NCBI GenBank assembly: GCA_026004535.1
Contig: BPJI01000001.1
Location: forward strand, 497,424 to 556,583
DNA: 59,160 bases
From: Candidatus Parcubacteria bacterium
GTDB lineage: Bacteria; Patescibacteriota; Minisyncoccia; UBA6257; HR35
Reading direction: 5' to 3'
Each line of letters opens with the position of its first letter. Position 1 is the stretch's first letter. Of this stretch, positions 20,772-29,993 are shown in pieces. The notes below the pieces were generated by a model. It saw only the letters and a list, made by a program, of their open reading frames with translations, searched no databases and had not been told where the DNA came from. The position numbers and the translations under genes were made by a program.

Positions 20772-20820
20772 ATATAAAACAATATTCCAATATTCTATAG
20801 AATGTTAGAATGTTTTATAT
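20772..20820. repeat. palindromic repeat, short form (diverged)
   Basis: ATATAAAACAATATTCCAATATTCTATAGAATGTTAGAATGTTTTATAT. Confidence 0.85.
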
Positions 20821-21334
20821 CAAATAAAATTTGTTTTTAATTGGGTTATTCTTATGAATTAGAATTATTTTTATTAATTTTGTTTTAGCGAGATGATTTT
20901 TAAAGTAGCATATTCATCTTAGCTTTTGGTATTTTCTATTTTAAAAAATTTAATAAAAATTAAGGTTAATGAATAAGTTAAGCCTGAGACAATTATTAAC
21001 GTAGCTAAGTTAATTTTTGAGTAAAGAAAATAACTTAAAAGGCTTTTACTAATACTTACTAAATTAATTATTGAAGCTAAAAAAGCAAATATACTACCAG
21101 TAACCAAATTTTATGTTTTTTTGAGCAATAAAAATTAGTATTGTTAAATAACAATATATCTTCGAAGAATTTTAATTGCCCAACCCAAAATTGAGATTGC
21201 TCCGAAATAAGCTGCTTAAGTAGCAGTTAATCACTATTTATAATTTAATATTTATTTTAATTTTTACTAACTTATTATAAATATGATATAATTAATAAAA
21301 CACGGTCGAAGTTAATTTTAATATTTACCCCAAA

Positions 21335-21478
21335 ATGGAAAATCAAAACGTCTGCCAAGCTTGCCAACAACTAACTGAAGCATTATGCCAAATCTGTAAT
21401 GGTTGCCAAAATTGTTGTCAGTGCAATACACATCAAGAAACTCCCTCTGATCAACCTCAGCAAGAAAATAATCAGTAA
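21335..21478 (+). CDS. 47-aa Cys/Gln-rich peptide
   Basis: Below track cutoff: MENQNVCQACQQLTEALCQICNGCQNCCQCNTHQETPSDQPQQENNQ. Upstream TTACTA-17 nt-TATAAT (21264..21292, with TG two nt upstream of the -10) and a strong terminator follows immediately. Confidence 0.5.
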   Translation: MENQNVCQACQQLTEALCQICNGCQNCCQCNTHQETPSDQPQQENNQ

Positions 21479-21485
21479 ACACATT

Positions 21486-21519
21486 AAAAAACCTCCTCTT
21501 AAATAAGAGGAGGTTTTTT
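21486..21519. terminator. bidirectional intrinsic terminator
   Basis: AAAAAA-CCTCCTCTT-AAAT-AAGAGGAGG-TTTTTT; perfect 9-bp stem flanked by A-run and T-run between convergent genes. Confidence 0.8.
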
Positions 21520-22471
21520 AATTTCTTAATTTTGATTTAATAAAAAAAATACCGCTGATTGTAATTATCGTTACAAGCACTAAATATAAAATTAAAGCCT
21601 CCATTAAAGTAAAAGGAATACTTTTTAACCTACCCAAAATAAAAGCTAACAACCAAGATGTAATAGAAATAACTCCCATTGAGACAAAAATTTTCTCCTT
21701 ATAATTATTTAATTTTTGAAAATCAAATTCAATTAATTTAGGTGAAACAATTAAATTCATTAAAAATCCATTAATAACAATAGTCAAAACAATTATCATT
21801 TTAAACATAAACTTAACAGAATTATGATATTTATTCATATCAGAGAAATAAATAAAAACACCGGAAACAATAATTAATGCTAAAATTAACCAAATAAAAT
21901 CCGATAAATTATCTAAAATTGATTTTTCTTTATCATCAATCTTTCTATCTTTTAAAAATTTAAAGAAAAGATAATCAACCACAGAAACGATCCCTAAACC
22001 AATTCCAGCAGATAAAGCGTGAATAAAGATGCTTAATTTTTGTAACTTAATCGCTGCGTTAATTATTGTATCTTTATAAATTAAGTATGAATTAATAAAG
22101 ATCAAAAAACATAATAAAGCGGATAAAAGACACCAACTACAAAACTTTTTTAATTTAAAAAGCTGGATAAATGTTAAATAAATGGAAAAAAGAACAGCTA
22201 AAAGTGATAGATTGAAAACAAAAAACTCTAAAAAATAATTTTTAAATCTAAATATTAGAAATAATAGGTAAAAAATTAAAATAAAACCATAATAAGCAAA
22301 ACCTAAAATTGTATTTTCAATTCCTAAAAATTTAGAATATTCACTGTGAATAACTGGGTCGCATTTGGCCCTCAAGGGGCAAATCAGAGGTTTTTTACGG
22401 TATTTATATCTGTGGATATAATAAGCAATATAACAACCAGTTATAGCTGAAACTAAAATAATGAATAACAT
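21518..22471 (-). CDS. VKOR-like (vitamin K epoxide reductase family) membrane protein fused to an extra polytopic domain
   Basis: 317 aa; loop cysteines CPLRAKCDPVIHSEYSKFLGI and CxxC (CSWC) in a TM helix; ~170-aa C-terminal multi-TM extension. Confidence 0.7.
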   Translation of the reverse strand: MLFIILVSAITGCYIAYYIHRYKYRKKPLICPLRAKCDPVIHSEYSKFLGIENTILGFAYYGFILIFYLLFLIFRFKNYFLEFFVFNLSLLAVLFSIYLTFIQLFKLKKFCSWCLLSALLCFLIFINSYLIYKDTIINAAIKLQKLSIFIHALSAGIGLGIVSVVDYLFFKFLKDRKIDDKEKSILDNLSDFIWLILALIIVSGVFIYFSDMNKYHNSVKFMFKMIIVLTIVINGFLMNLIVSPKLIEFDFQKLNNYKEKIFVSMGVISITSWLLAFILGRLKSIPFTLMEALILYLVLVTIITISGIFFIKSKLRN

Positions 22472-22633
22472 ATTTTATCTTGAAAAAAATTAATTATTTT
22501 TATTTTAACATGATTTTTAATTTATAAATCAGTTATAAAATAAAATTATGACGGTTATAATTTTAATAACTTAAACTTTTTTTAAATTTTTAAGCAAACT
22601 ACGAAACTTTTAAAGCACAACGAAAATCACTCA

Positions 22634-23011
22634 TTATTTTTTAAAAATTCTTATTTTAAATTTACCTTCTCCTAAAAAGAATAAAGCTAAAGAAGCCAAA
22701 GCAAGCCCTAAATCACGAAAACCTGAAGGATTAAAACCCAAAGAAAAAAGAAAAATTGAAATAAGGTGCAAGGTAGCTAAAAGAGAAACTATTTTAATGA
22801 ACAAGCCTAAAACAAAACAAATTCCGATTAGACAATCAAAAACACCATTCATTAAGACTATCTTTTGCTTAAAAATATCATTCATATAAATAAATTTTAC
22901 TTCGGGAATTAAATCAATCCATCTTTGAGGATAAATTAACTGACTAATACCAAAATAAAGGAAAACAATTCCCAATCCAACTCGCAAAATTAATTTACCG
23001 TAGTTTTCCAT
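22634..23011 (-). CDS. DoxX-family membrane protein
   Basis: 125 aa, four TM helices; N-terminal LILRVGLGIVFLYFGISQL pattern. Confidence 0.55.
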   Translation of the reverse strand: MENYGKLILRVGLGIVFLYFGISQLIYPQRWIDLIPEVKFIYMNDIFKQKIVLMNGVFDCLIGICFVLGLFIKIVSLLATLHLISIFLFSLGFNPSGFRDLGLALASLALFFLGEGKFKIRIFKK

Positions 23012-23493
23012 TATTGTCTTAATTTTCCAATTTCAAATCGCTTTAGTGCTTCTTCTGGTTTTTCTTGTCCTCCATGTTTTCTTTCAAATACTTGAGTACC
23101 ATCTTTACCACATATTGACAAAACTTTATCTTCCCCACCCGGGTGTTTATCAATCCATTCGGTTAAATCATAAACTCTATCTCGAATGACAGTCCAGCAA
23201 CTTTCTTTAGAATTATTTTGAGATACCTCTTCTAATGTATACAGATTTTCTTGTGGCTGAGTTGAAGTTTGCTGTAATTGTTGGAAATTAATAGATTCAG
23301 TTGATGTTGGCTCAGAAATCATAAATTTTTCTAATAAATCTTCACTAACAGGTATATTTGGTACCGAAAATTGGCTAACTGCTTGATTATTGTTGGTTTG
23401 AGATTGTTTATTTGTTAATTTAAATAAAGCTAAACCTCCTATCACAATTATAAGAATAGTTATTAAGCCTATATAAACGGATTTTTTTCCCAT
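23011..23493 (-). CDS. membrane-anchored cytochrome b5-like heme-binding domain protein
   Basis: 160 aa; N-terminal TM; YTLEEVSQNNSKESCWTVIRDRVYDLTEWIDKHPGGEDKVL contains the b5 HPGG motif. Confidence 0.8.
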   Translation of the reverse strand: MGKKSVYIGLITILIIVIGGLALFKLTNKQSQTNNNQAVSQFSVPNIPVSEDLLEKFMISEPTSTESINFQQLQQTSTQPQENLYTLEEVSQNNSKESCWTVIRDRVYDLTEWIDKHPGGEDKVLSICGKDGTQVFERKHGGQEKPEEALKRFEIGKLRQ

Positions 23494-23715
23494 TTGGTCA
23501 AATATTAATTATTATTTAAAATTTCGACTTTATTTTATAAATATAAAAATTGCTATCAGATTTATAAAAATTACTCTTAAAAATAACACAATAATTTATA
23601 TTGCCGCAACAACCAAGATAGAAATCAATATTATAAACATCAACTTTCTTCAAAATATTAACGAAAGTTTCATTTATTACCCAAAACAAACTAAAAATAA
23701 TCCAGTTTATTTTTG

Positions 23716-24030
23716 TTAATGCTTCTTTTCCCATTTTTCTGCATTTTCTAAAATATCACCCTCTTGAAATAAAATTGCTCTTAAGGCTTCTCTCCACTTA
23801 GGTAATTTTCTTGTAAGCCACTCCAAATCAATAGCAAAGTGTTCAAATTCTTCCTCTTGAGCATGTTCCATAATTGCTTTAACTTCTGGGTCTTTAGTAA
23901 CAGCAATTCTTTGTTGATACCAATTTATAGCTTCTGCCTCCTCAACCAATGAAGCAATAATCCTGGCAAAATCTCTTAATTCTGAAGATAATTCCTCTGG
24001 TGGTTCATGATATTGATCAAACCCTGCCAT
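23716..24030 (-). CDS. EncFtn-like (encapsulated-ferritin family) two-helix ferritin-like protein
   Basis: 104 aa; HEPPEEL, VEEAEAINWYQQR and HAQEEEFEHFAIDLEWL match the EncFtn E-x-x-H/E-rich di-iron pattern as I recall it; TGTATAAT -10 element about 40 nt upstream. Confidence 0.65.
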   Translation of the reverse strand: MAGFDQYHEPPEELSSELRDFARIIASLVEEAEAINWYQQRIAVTKDPEVKAIMEHAQEEEFEHFAIDLEWLTRKLPKWREALRAILFQEGDILENAEKWEKKH

Positions 24031-24082
24031 TTTTATTTTTTAAAAAATTAATAACGACTTTCTTAAAATTAATTATACAACA

Positions 24083-24175
24083 TTACTCATACCTTAAAGC
24101 AACAATTGGATCTAAATTGCTTGCTCTTTTTGCTGGATAAAGCCCAAAAATCAAACCAATCAATGTTGAAACAAT
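24083..24175 (-). pseudogene. orphan 3'-terminal fragment of a macB-like permease gene (last 30 codons + stop)
   Basis: Encodes [30 protein letters not shown]; 89 bp (24087..24175) match 32247..32335 with 3 mismatches, all synonymous. Confidence 0.85.
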
Positions 24176-24392
24176 AAATTAGGCCGTTTGTTGAAAGTTT
24201 TTTACAAAATTTTTTGTGTCGTTTTTTTAATTCTTAAAATTTGTTGTGGATAAACAATGCGATTAAGAGAGGTTTCTCCGTAGGAGAAATTTGAAGCGAG
24301 TGCCGAAGGCAATAAAACCATATTAATCGCTGTTGAGCGTGCTAATCAGTCAGGAGTAAACGAATGTGAACTGAGGTTTTCTTGGGCGAGTG

Positions 24393-25121
24393 TTATTCTT
24401 TTTCAATTATTGCGATGTAATATGATTTTTCAGAGTCAATAAATTTCTTAATTCTCCAACCAGTATCTTTAAGAATTTCTTTCATTTCTTTTTTTGAAAC
24501 AATTAGATAATCAAACCAATCTCCAATATAATTTCTAAATCTAATCCTAATACGAAGTTGCCCAGGCATTCTCCCTCTTTTTCGATTGAATTTGTGATAT
24601 GATAGATGTGCTGGATCTTTTGTTTTGTAAGGGTCATTGCTTTCAGCAATTATCAAAGCTTTTTGAGTTGTTAATTTGGAGAGCTTCTTTAATAACTTTC
24701 TTGCTTTTTTAGGATTTCCAAATAAACCAAAATTATTACCAAACATAATTACAGTATCAAAAACAACAGGCCTTAATTTTTCAATTTTTTCAAAAGGTAA
24801 AACTTTTGCTTTCTTGATTCCTCTTCTTTTACAAATTTTTATTGCCAGAGGGGAATTATCAATAGCAAGAACATCAAAACCTCTTTTCTGCAAATAAAGC
24901 GAAACTCTTCCAGCCCCAGCACCAACATCAAGAACTTTGCCTTTTACAAATTTTATTGCTTCTTTCTCATGTTTTGGCCATTTCTCAAAATCAGCAAAAT
25001 AAACAGACGGACCGCCAGATAAATCAACGAATCCATCATCTCTTTCAATAATTTCATAAGATTCTTTACCTTGAAAAAAAGCCCATATTTCTTGGCCGTA
25101 AGCATCCTTTTTTGGTTCCAT
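24393..25121 (-). CDS. class I SAM-dependent methyltransferase
   Basis: 242 aa; motif I VLDVGAGAGRVSLYL, motif II-like FDTVIMFGN. Confidence 0.8.
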   Translation of the reverse strand: MEPKKDAYGQEIWAFFQGKESYEIIERDDGFVDLSGGPSVYFADFEKWPKHEKEAIKFVKGKVLDVGAGAGRVSLYLQKRGFDVLAIDNSPLAIKICKRRGIKKAKVLPFEKIEKLRPVVFDTVIMFGNNFGLFGNPKKARKLLKKLSKLTTQKALIIAESNDPYKTKDPAHLSYHKFNRKRGRMPGQLRIRIRFRNYIGDWFDYLIVSKKEMKEILKDTGWRIKKFIDSEKSYYIAIIEKE

Positions 25122-25373
25122 AATAGTAATTAAAATTTTGAATTTTATAAAACTATTTATTTAAGCGAGACAGAGAGAATTACGTCTAACATCAGGATTA
25201 TAAGAAGCGTGTGTAGCCCGATTTTGGTGGAGAAGCCTGTTCGTAATTTTAGTCGTAAAACTATTAAAACTTATCTATATTATAACAAAAAATTCTTTAT
25301 GAATATGACTATATTTACAATAAAATTTCTATAAAAATAAATTTTTATTAAAATCTTACGAAAATCTGGTTTA

Positions 25374-26747
25374 ATGTTATTAAATATTAAAATGGACAAA
25401 ACAATAAACAGTATTATTAAGTTAACCGAAAAAATAGCGGATGGCGAAAGTTTTACTGCTTCGAAAATTATTAATGCGATAAATTGTATAGAGAACTCAG
25501 ATAAAAATCTCAACGTGTATAAGGGAATTTTGATAGTATATTATTTTAGAAAATATAAAGATTTTCCTAAAAAGAATCTTAACAAACTTAAAACATATAG
25601 TAGTTTTGAAAAATGTCTTCATATCTTGAGAGGAAATATATTAAATCCTACTGAGATAGCCAATACATTTCTGGATATTCTTAAAATCCCAGACAGTGAT
25701 GGAACCATAAGGGATATCTTGATGGGGTGTTTTTACGGGGCACTGTGGCCTTTTATGAATAATCCTAAAAATTTTAATATAGCTATAGAGTATGGGCTAG
25801 CTTTGATCGAATCAGCTTTTTCATTAGACAATTTTAACATTCATAAAAAGATAAATATTATAAATGGAGACCAAGGAATAAAAATAATTAATATGGCTGG
25901 TAGTGGCAAAAAAGAGATTAAATTACTCAATTTAAGCTCAATGGCCGCTATTATTACAGCAGCGACCGGCAAAAAGATTAGAGAAAATATCGTGGTAGAA
26001 AAAACCACATCCAGAGCGACTTCCAGTATAACTGGATCGAGCGACATTTTTGAACTTGCCGGAGTAAATCTAAATTTGCCGATCCATAAGATGGCTGAGA
26101 TTTCGTTAACAACAAAACTTGGCATATTTGATATAAACGCGATTGTTCCCAGATTAAATCATGTGTATGATGGCCGTTTGTACAATGTGCAGGTTTTTGC
26201 TGGATTAGTAGGCGGGGCGGCTATAGTAAATCCGGTTGATGCTGATTTGATCAATTATGGTTTAACAAGGGGGTCAACGCAATTGTGTTTGGCTATTTTG
26301 AATAGGTTGTACCCCACTAAAAATATTCTTGTACTACAAGGGAAGGATCCGCATGGCATGCCAGTGATCGATCAAGTCTCAATAGCAGCCAATACCGAAG
26401 TTGCTCAAATTATTAAGAATAAGATAACTATTAGAGAGATAGCCCCGGAAGATTTTGGGTTTGATTTCATACCATTCAAGTATGTAGAGACTACACAGAA
26501 TCAAAGGGAGAATCTTAATGAATTTATTAAAATTTTGATTGGCAGGGGTGATAAAGCACTTAAGCAAACAGTAGCAATGGAAGTCGCTTTGAACCTTTTT
26601 GGATTAGAAGTGGTTGACAATTTAAAAACCGGAGCTGCGCTGGCACTAGAGACTATTAACTCCGGTCTCGGAATTAAGGTTCTTGAAGATTTGGTCGTTC
26701 ATTCTGACGGCGACAAACAAAGATTCAGTAGCCTAGCGAATATCTAA
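25374..26747 (+). CDS. divergent TrpD-like (glycosyltransferase family 3 / anthranilate phosphoribosyltransferase fold) protein
   Basis: 457 aa; NLSSMAAIITAATG, SSITGSSDIFELAGVNL, ILVLQGKD..MPVIDQVS, IAPEDFGF follow the TrpD order, but GTGGD is AGSGKK and KHGNR is VEKTTSR; alternative start at 25392. Confidence 0.6.
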   Translation: MLLNIKMDKTINSIIKLTEKIADGESFTASKIINAINCIENSDKNLNVYKGILIVYYFRKYKDFPKKNLNKLKTYSSFEKCLHILRGNILNPTEIANTFLDILKIPDSDGTIRDILMGCFYGALWPFMNNPKNFNIAIEYGLALIESAFSLDNFNIHKKINIINGDQGIKIINMAGSGKKEIKLLNLSSMAAIITAATGKKIRENIVVEKTTSRATSSITGSSDIFELAGVNLNLPIHKMAEISLTTKLGIFDINAIVPRLNHVYDGRLYNVQVFAGLVGGAAIVNPVDADLINYGLTRGSTQLCLAILNRLYPTKNILVLQGKDPHGMPVIDQVSIAANTEVAQIIKNKITIREIAPEDFGFDFIPFKYVETTQNQRENLNEFIKILIGRGDKALKQTVAMEVALNLFGLEVVDNLKTGAALALETINSGLGIKVLEDLVVHSDGDKQRFSSLANI

Positions 26748-26748
26748 T

Positions 26749-27726
26749 ATGCAAAAGAATTTAATAAATTATCTTATTCTACCAAAAGGAATACAAAGTA
26801 TTATCTTCAAATCCTATGTTTATTTTATCCCGTTCTTATATTCATTAACCATCGACTCAAACTATATTCGTAATTTTCTGCTGTTTATCGTTATTTTTAG
26901 TTTATTTGAATTTGTAATAAATCCATCTCGTTACCAGCTAAACGATATAGCAGATTACAAAGAAGACCAGCAAAGACATCACCACTGGCAGCGTCCAGTA
27001 AACGAAGCAAACAAATCTTTAATTTTAACTGTGGCATTATCAAGATTTGTGTTAGGGACTACAATTGCTTTCATACTTAATATGAAATTAGGCTACCTCG
27101 CAATACTGTTTATAGCGCTACAACTTTTTTATGACTATTTTGCTAAAAAACTCTCTGCCCTTTTGTCTATATTTACCGTTGCTATAGCGTATCCACTAAG
27201 ATCTTTAACAATATTTTATGGTTTGAGTATTAGTCTCAATAAAACAGTTCTTCTAATTTTGTTTACCCTATTTTTTTACTCAACTTATATGGTTATTCAA
27301 TGGCGGAAATATGAATCACTATTTATTGCAAAAAATAAGCTTTTACCAAAACCTCATTCTGAATTTTTCAGAAGTTCCAAAACAAACCTTCTTGTACATT
27401 CTGTTTTAATAGCGTTCTTTATCGTATTTATTCTACTAATAATTACATTAATGAAAATAGATACAGGTAAAAATATAATCTCTGGTGTATCCATGTTTCT
27501 GATAATTATACTTATGCTTTTGAATAAAGAAATTATCAGTCGTATTATTGCTCAATTTCATAATATATTTATTGCTTTTTTATTTATCGTTTTTACCTTG
27601 GATAAATTCCTGATCGGTCTTGCTACTGCTGTGATTACAATTTTTATTGTATTTTGGTATCACAAGGTTTATATAGATAAATTTGCCAGTCGTTATTTTA
27701 GTGAAGCCCACTATGAAAAAACATAA
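26749..27726 (+). CDS. UbiA-superfamily-like polytopic membrane protein (prenyl/phosphoribosyl-transferase-like)
   Basis: 325 aa, about 8 TM helices; first Asp-rich motif NDIADYKED present; second motif not evident. Confidence 0.55.
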   Translation: MQKNLINYLILPKGIQSIIFKSYVYFIPFLYSLTIDSNYIRNFLLFIVIFSLFEFVINPSRYQLNDIADYKEDQQRHHHWQRPVNEANKSLILTVALSRFVLGTTIAFILNMKLGYLAILFIALQLFYDYFAKKLSALLSIFTVAIAYPLRSLTIFYGLSISLNKTVLLILFTLFFYSTYMVIQWRKYESLFIAKNKLLPKPHSEFFRSSKTNLLVHSVLIAFFIVFILLIITLMKIDTGKNIISGVSMFLIIILMLLNKEIISRIIAQFHNIFIAFLFIVFTLDKFLIGLATAVITIFIVFWYHKVYIDKFASRYFSEAHYEKT

Positions 27727-28843
27727 AAAACTTCCTTTATTTAAGGCGCAAATTCCTAAAGAAAACCTAAATCACGCTCTGAAAGAGGCGAAGATGGATC
27801 AGAATTTTGTGCAAAATATTATTCTAAAAGAAGGCTACTCTCCCATAGGCAAATCTGTTGCCATTGGACCGCTCTCTGATGTTAGCTTTTTGAAAAATAA
27901 GTTTTCCTGTCATTATAATCTAAATAAATTTAACGAAGTTCCTAGATCAAAACAACATTTTGTAACAGGTTTCGGACCGACTAATGCTCCAACAGCAGGC
28001 ACTCTTTCAATAATTTTAAGAGCAGTATTTTTTGAGAAAAAAACAGGTATTGATTCTACAATTATTATCTCTAATTTAGGTGCATTCAACTCAAGAAATA
28101 TTGCGTTGGATAAGATCGAATACCTTACAGAAAGATTTGCCAAATTTATTCGTTCTTTAGGGTTTAAAGGAGAATTAAGAACTCATAACAACTTTAATCT
28201 ACTGGTAGCATCAAGTTTAACCTCCAAGGTGTTAACCATTAAAGATTTTCTAGAAAACGAAGAAGTAACTACAAATTTATATAAAAAATTAGGCATCCAG
28301 GGCAAGGATTTTCCTACTTTTATTGATGCCAATTTTACAGTTGCTGATATTCTCCTTCCTGCTATTTTAAAGAAGAAAGAAAGGATATTGGTTTTTGTAG
28401 GTATCGAGGAGTATTATTTTCCTAAACTAGCAAATTTAGTAATACAAAGATTTAACAGGGATTATCCGAAGCAATTCATATCAGAAAATACTTTGGTTGC
28501 GGCGGCGTTCGGTCATCTTATTGAGGGTTTAAATGGTTTTCCGAAAATGTCAAAGAGCATTCCGGAATCCTCTATAAATCTTGATGATTCTCCAGAAGAA
28601 TTAGAACAAAAAATTTTAAGGTGTGATCCAAGGGACGAGAAAATTATTCTCCAAATGATTAATTTAGTTTCTGACTGGGATTTGAAAAAAATTATGAAAG
28701 CAAACAAGGCTTTTAAAAAAGGCGGCAATGAATGGTTAAAATTCAAAAAGGATTATCTTCAATACTTTCTCAGTTTGAAAAAGTTGTGGGATAAAACAGA
28801 AAATAAAAAGTATAGGTTTAAAGTAGATTCGCTTTTTAAATAA
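27683..28843 (+). CDS. divergent TrpRS-like class I aminoacyl-tRNA-synthetase paralogue
   Basis: KMSKS retained (GFPKMSKSIPES) and colinear with TrpRS (FTVADILLPA, LVIQRFN), but PTAGT replaces TIGN/HIGH and GIEE replaces GEDQ. ATG at 27713 (MKKHKK...) is a likelier start, overlapping the previous stop. Confidence 0.65.
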   Translation: MPVVILVKPTMKKHKKLPLFKAQIPKENLNHALKEAKMDQNFVQNIILKEGYSPIGKSVAIGPLSDVSFLKNKFSCHYNLNKFNEVPRSKQHFVTGFGPTNAPTAGTLSIILRAVFFEKKTGIDSTIIISNLGAFNSRNIALDKIEYLTERFAKFIRSLGFKGELRTHNNFNLLVASSLTSKVLTIKDFLENEEVTTNLYKKLGIQGKDFPTFIDANFTVADILLPAILKKKERILVFVGIEEYYFPKLANLVIQRFNRDYPKQFISENTLVAAAFGHLIEGLNGFPKMSKSIPESSINLDDSPEELEQKILRCDPRDEKIILQMINLVSDWDLKKIMKANKAFKKGGNEWLKFKKDYLQYFLSLKKLWDKTENKKYRFKVDSLFK

Positions 28844-28847
28844 ATTT

Positions 28848-29987
28848 ATGGATGAGCATAAAACTGTTATCATTTTAGGTGGAACTGGGTTTGTGGGTAG
28901 GGCTGTAACAGAAAAATATTTAAAAAATAAATGGCGAGTTGTTATTCCAACAAGAAGTAGAAATTTAGCTGAGGCAAAAAATAAATTATTGTCGCACGGT
29001 TTTGATGAAAATTCCCTGGAAAACTTTTTATCAGCTAATCTTTTATTGTTTGCTCTCGATGTTGATTTATCTGAAAAAAAATGGTCCGAACCAGATAATT
29101 GGTCTCGATTATTGAGAGAAATAAATATACCAATTTTTTCTATATTGCGAGTTATCAATTTTGTCGGTGAAACATCAAAGTCAGCAGAGGAGATTTTGAA
29201 ATCCAACATTAATACCTTAGTGAGTATCTTCACCCTGGTTAGATATATAAAATCTCAAAATAAAAGCACTATTTTTGTAAATATGGGTTCTGTTGTAGAA
29301 AAAAGAAGTAATACAAATCTATCTCCTTATGAATATGCCAAAAAAGTTGCGTACCAAGAAATTAAGAAAAGTAACTTGTGCGATTTTCATTTTATAGCTG
29401 AGTACATCAAAGGTAGAGGTGAACAAAAGATGAAATCAGTTGCCCCGATATTATGGCAGAAACTTAAATTCTCCCACAGATGGTTTTTTGGTTTTAAAGT
29501 AAGCGTAATAGACGTAGATGATCTAGCAGAAGTTATCTATCATCTTATTGAGGAGACTAAAATTAAACAACAAAGATTTAAACCAATTGAAGTTTATGTG
29601 ACAAATGGAGAATTGACCTTTGGTGAAATTGTCAAAAATCTTCTTCCAGAAAGTAACCGCAGTATTCCTAAACAAATATTTCCAAATTGGCTCGCCTTTC
29701 TCTTCTTATATTTTTATTCGCTTATAATTCCACAAATAAAACCGAATGATCAATTCATTAGAAGATTGGCTAATTTTGCAGAAAGAAGTATAAAGAAAGA
29801 GAATAAAACAGATGGGTTCAAAACTGCTGAGGAAATAAAAAAAATGGCTTTAGATTCTAAAAAATATGAAATATTGGAAAAGGAACCAAGTTTAATTATC
29901 TCTGACAAACAATCTCCTGTAATTTATGTTTTAATAGAAAAAAATGAGATAGAGCTGAAATTAATAGTTCAAAAAGCACTTCTTTAA
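28848..29987 (+). CDS. NAD(P)-dependent SDR/epimerase-family protein
   Basis: 379 aa; Rossmann motif ILGGTGFVGRAV; YxxxK (SPYEYAKK). Confidence 0.7.
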   Translation: MDEHKTVIILGGTGFVGRAVTEKYLKNKWRVVIPTRSRNLAEAKNKLLSHGFDENSLENFLSANLLLFALDVDLSEKKWSEPDNWSRLLREINIPIFSILRVINFVGETSKSAEEILKSNINTLVSIFTLVRYIKSQNKSTIFVNMGSVVEKRSNTNLSPYEYAKKVAYQEIKKSNLCDFHFIAEYIKGRGEQKMKSVAPILWQKLKFSHRWFFGFKVSVIDVDDLAEVIYHLIEETKIKQQRFKPIEVYVTNGELTFGEIVKNLLPESNRSIPKQIFPNWLAFLFLYFYSLIIPQIKPNDQFIRRLANFAERSIKKENKTDGFKTAEEIKKMALDSKKYEILEKEPSLIISDKQSPVIYVLIEKNEIELKLIVQKALL

Positions 29988-29993
29988 TTCTAA

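Noticed and set aside
20919-21107. 62-aa hydrophobic ORF
   Set aside because: There is no start context, no neighbours in an operon, and the composition is typical of random AT-rich frames. It is not reported as a gene.
23516-23734. 72-aa ORF between the cytochrome b5 and EncFtn-like genes
   Set aside because: It overlaps the EncFtn-like stop. It has a low-complexity AT-driven composition (many N, I, K, F, Y) with no motifs. It is probably non-coding spacer.
25141-25260. GC-enriched patch upstream of the TrpD-like operon as a possible riboswitch (for example the PRPP/ykkC class)
   Set aside because: Only a weak imperfect stem (AATTACG...CGTAATT) is visible. None of the ykkC-type conserved strings was found by eye. 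It lies more than 110 nt from the first start codon with AT-rich DNA between, so it is left unassigned.
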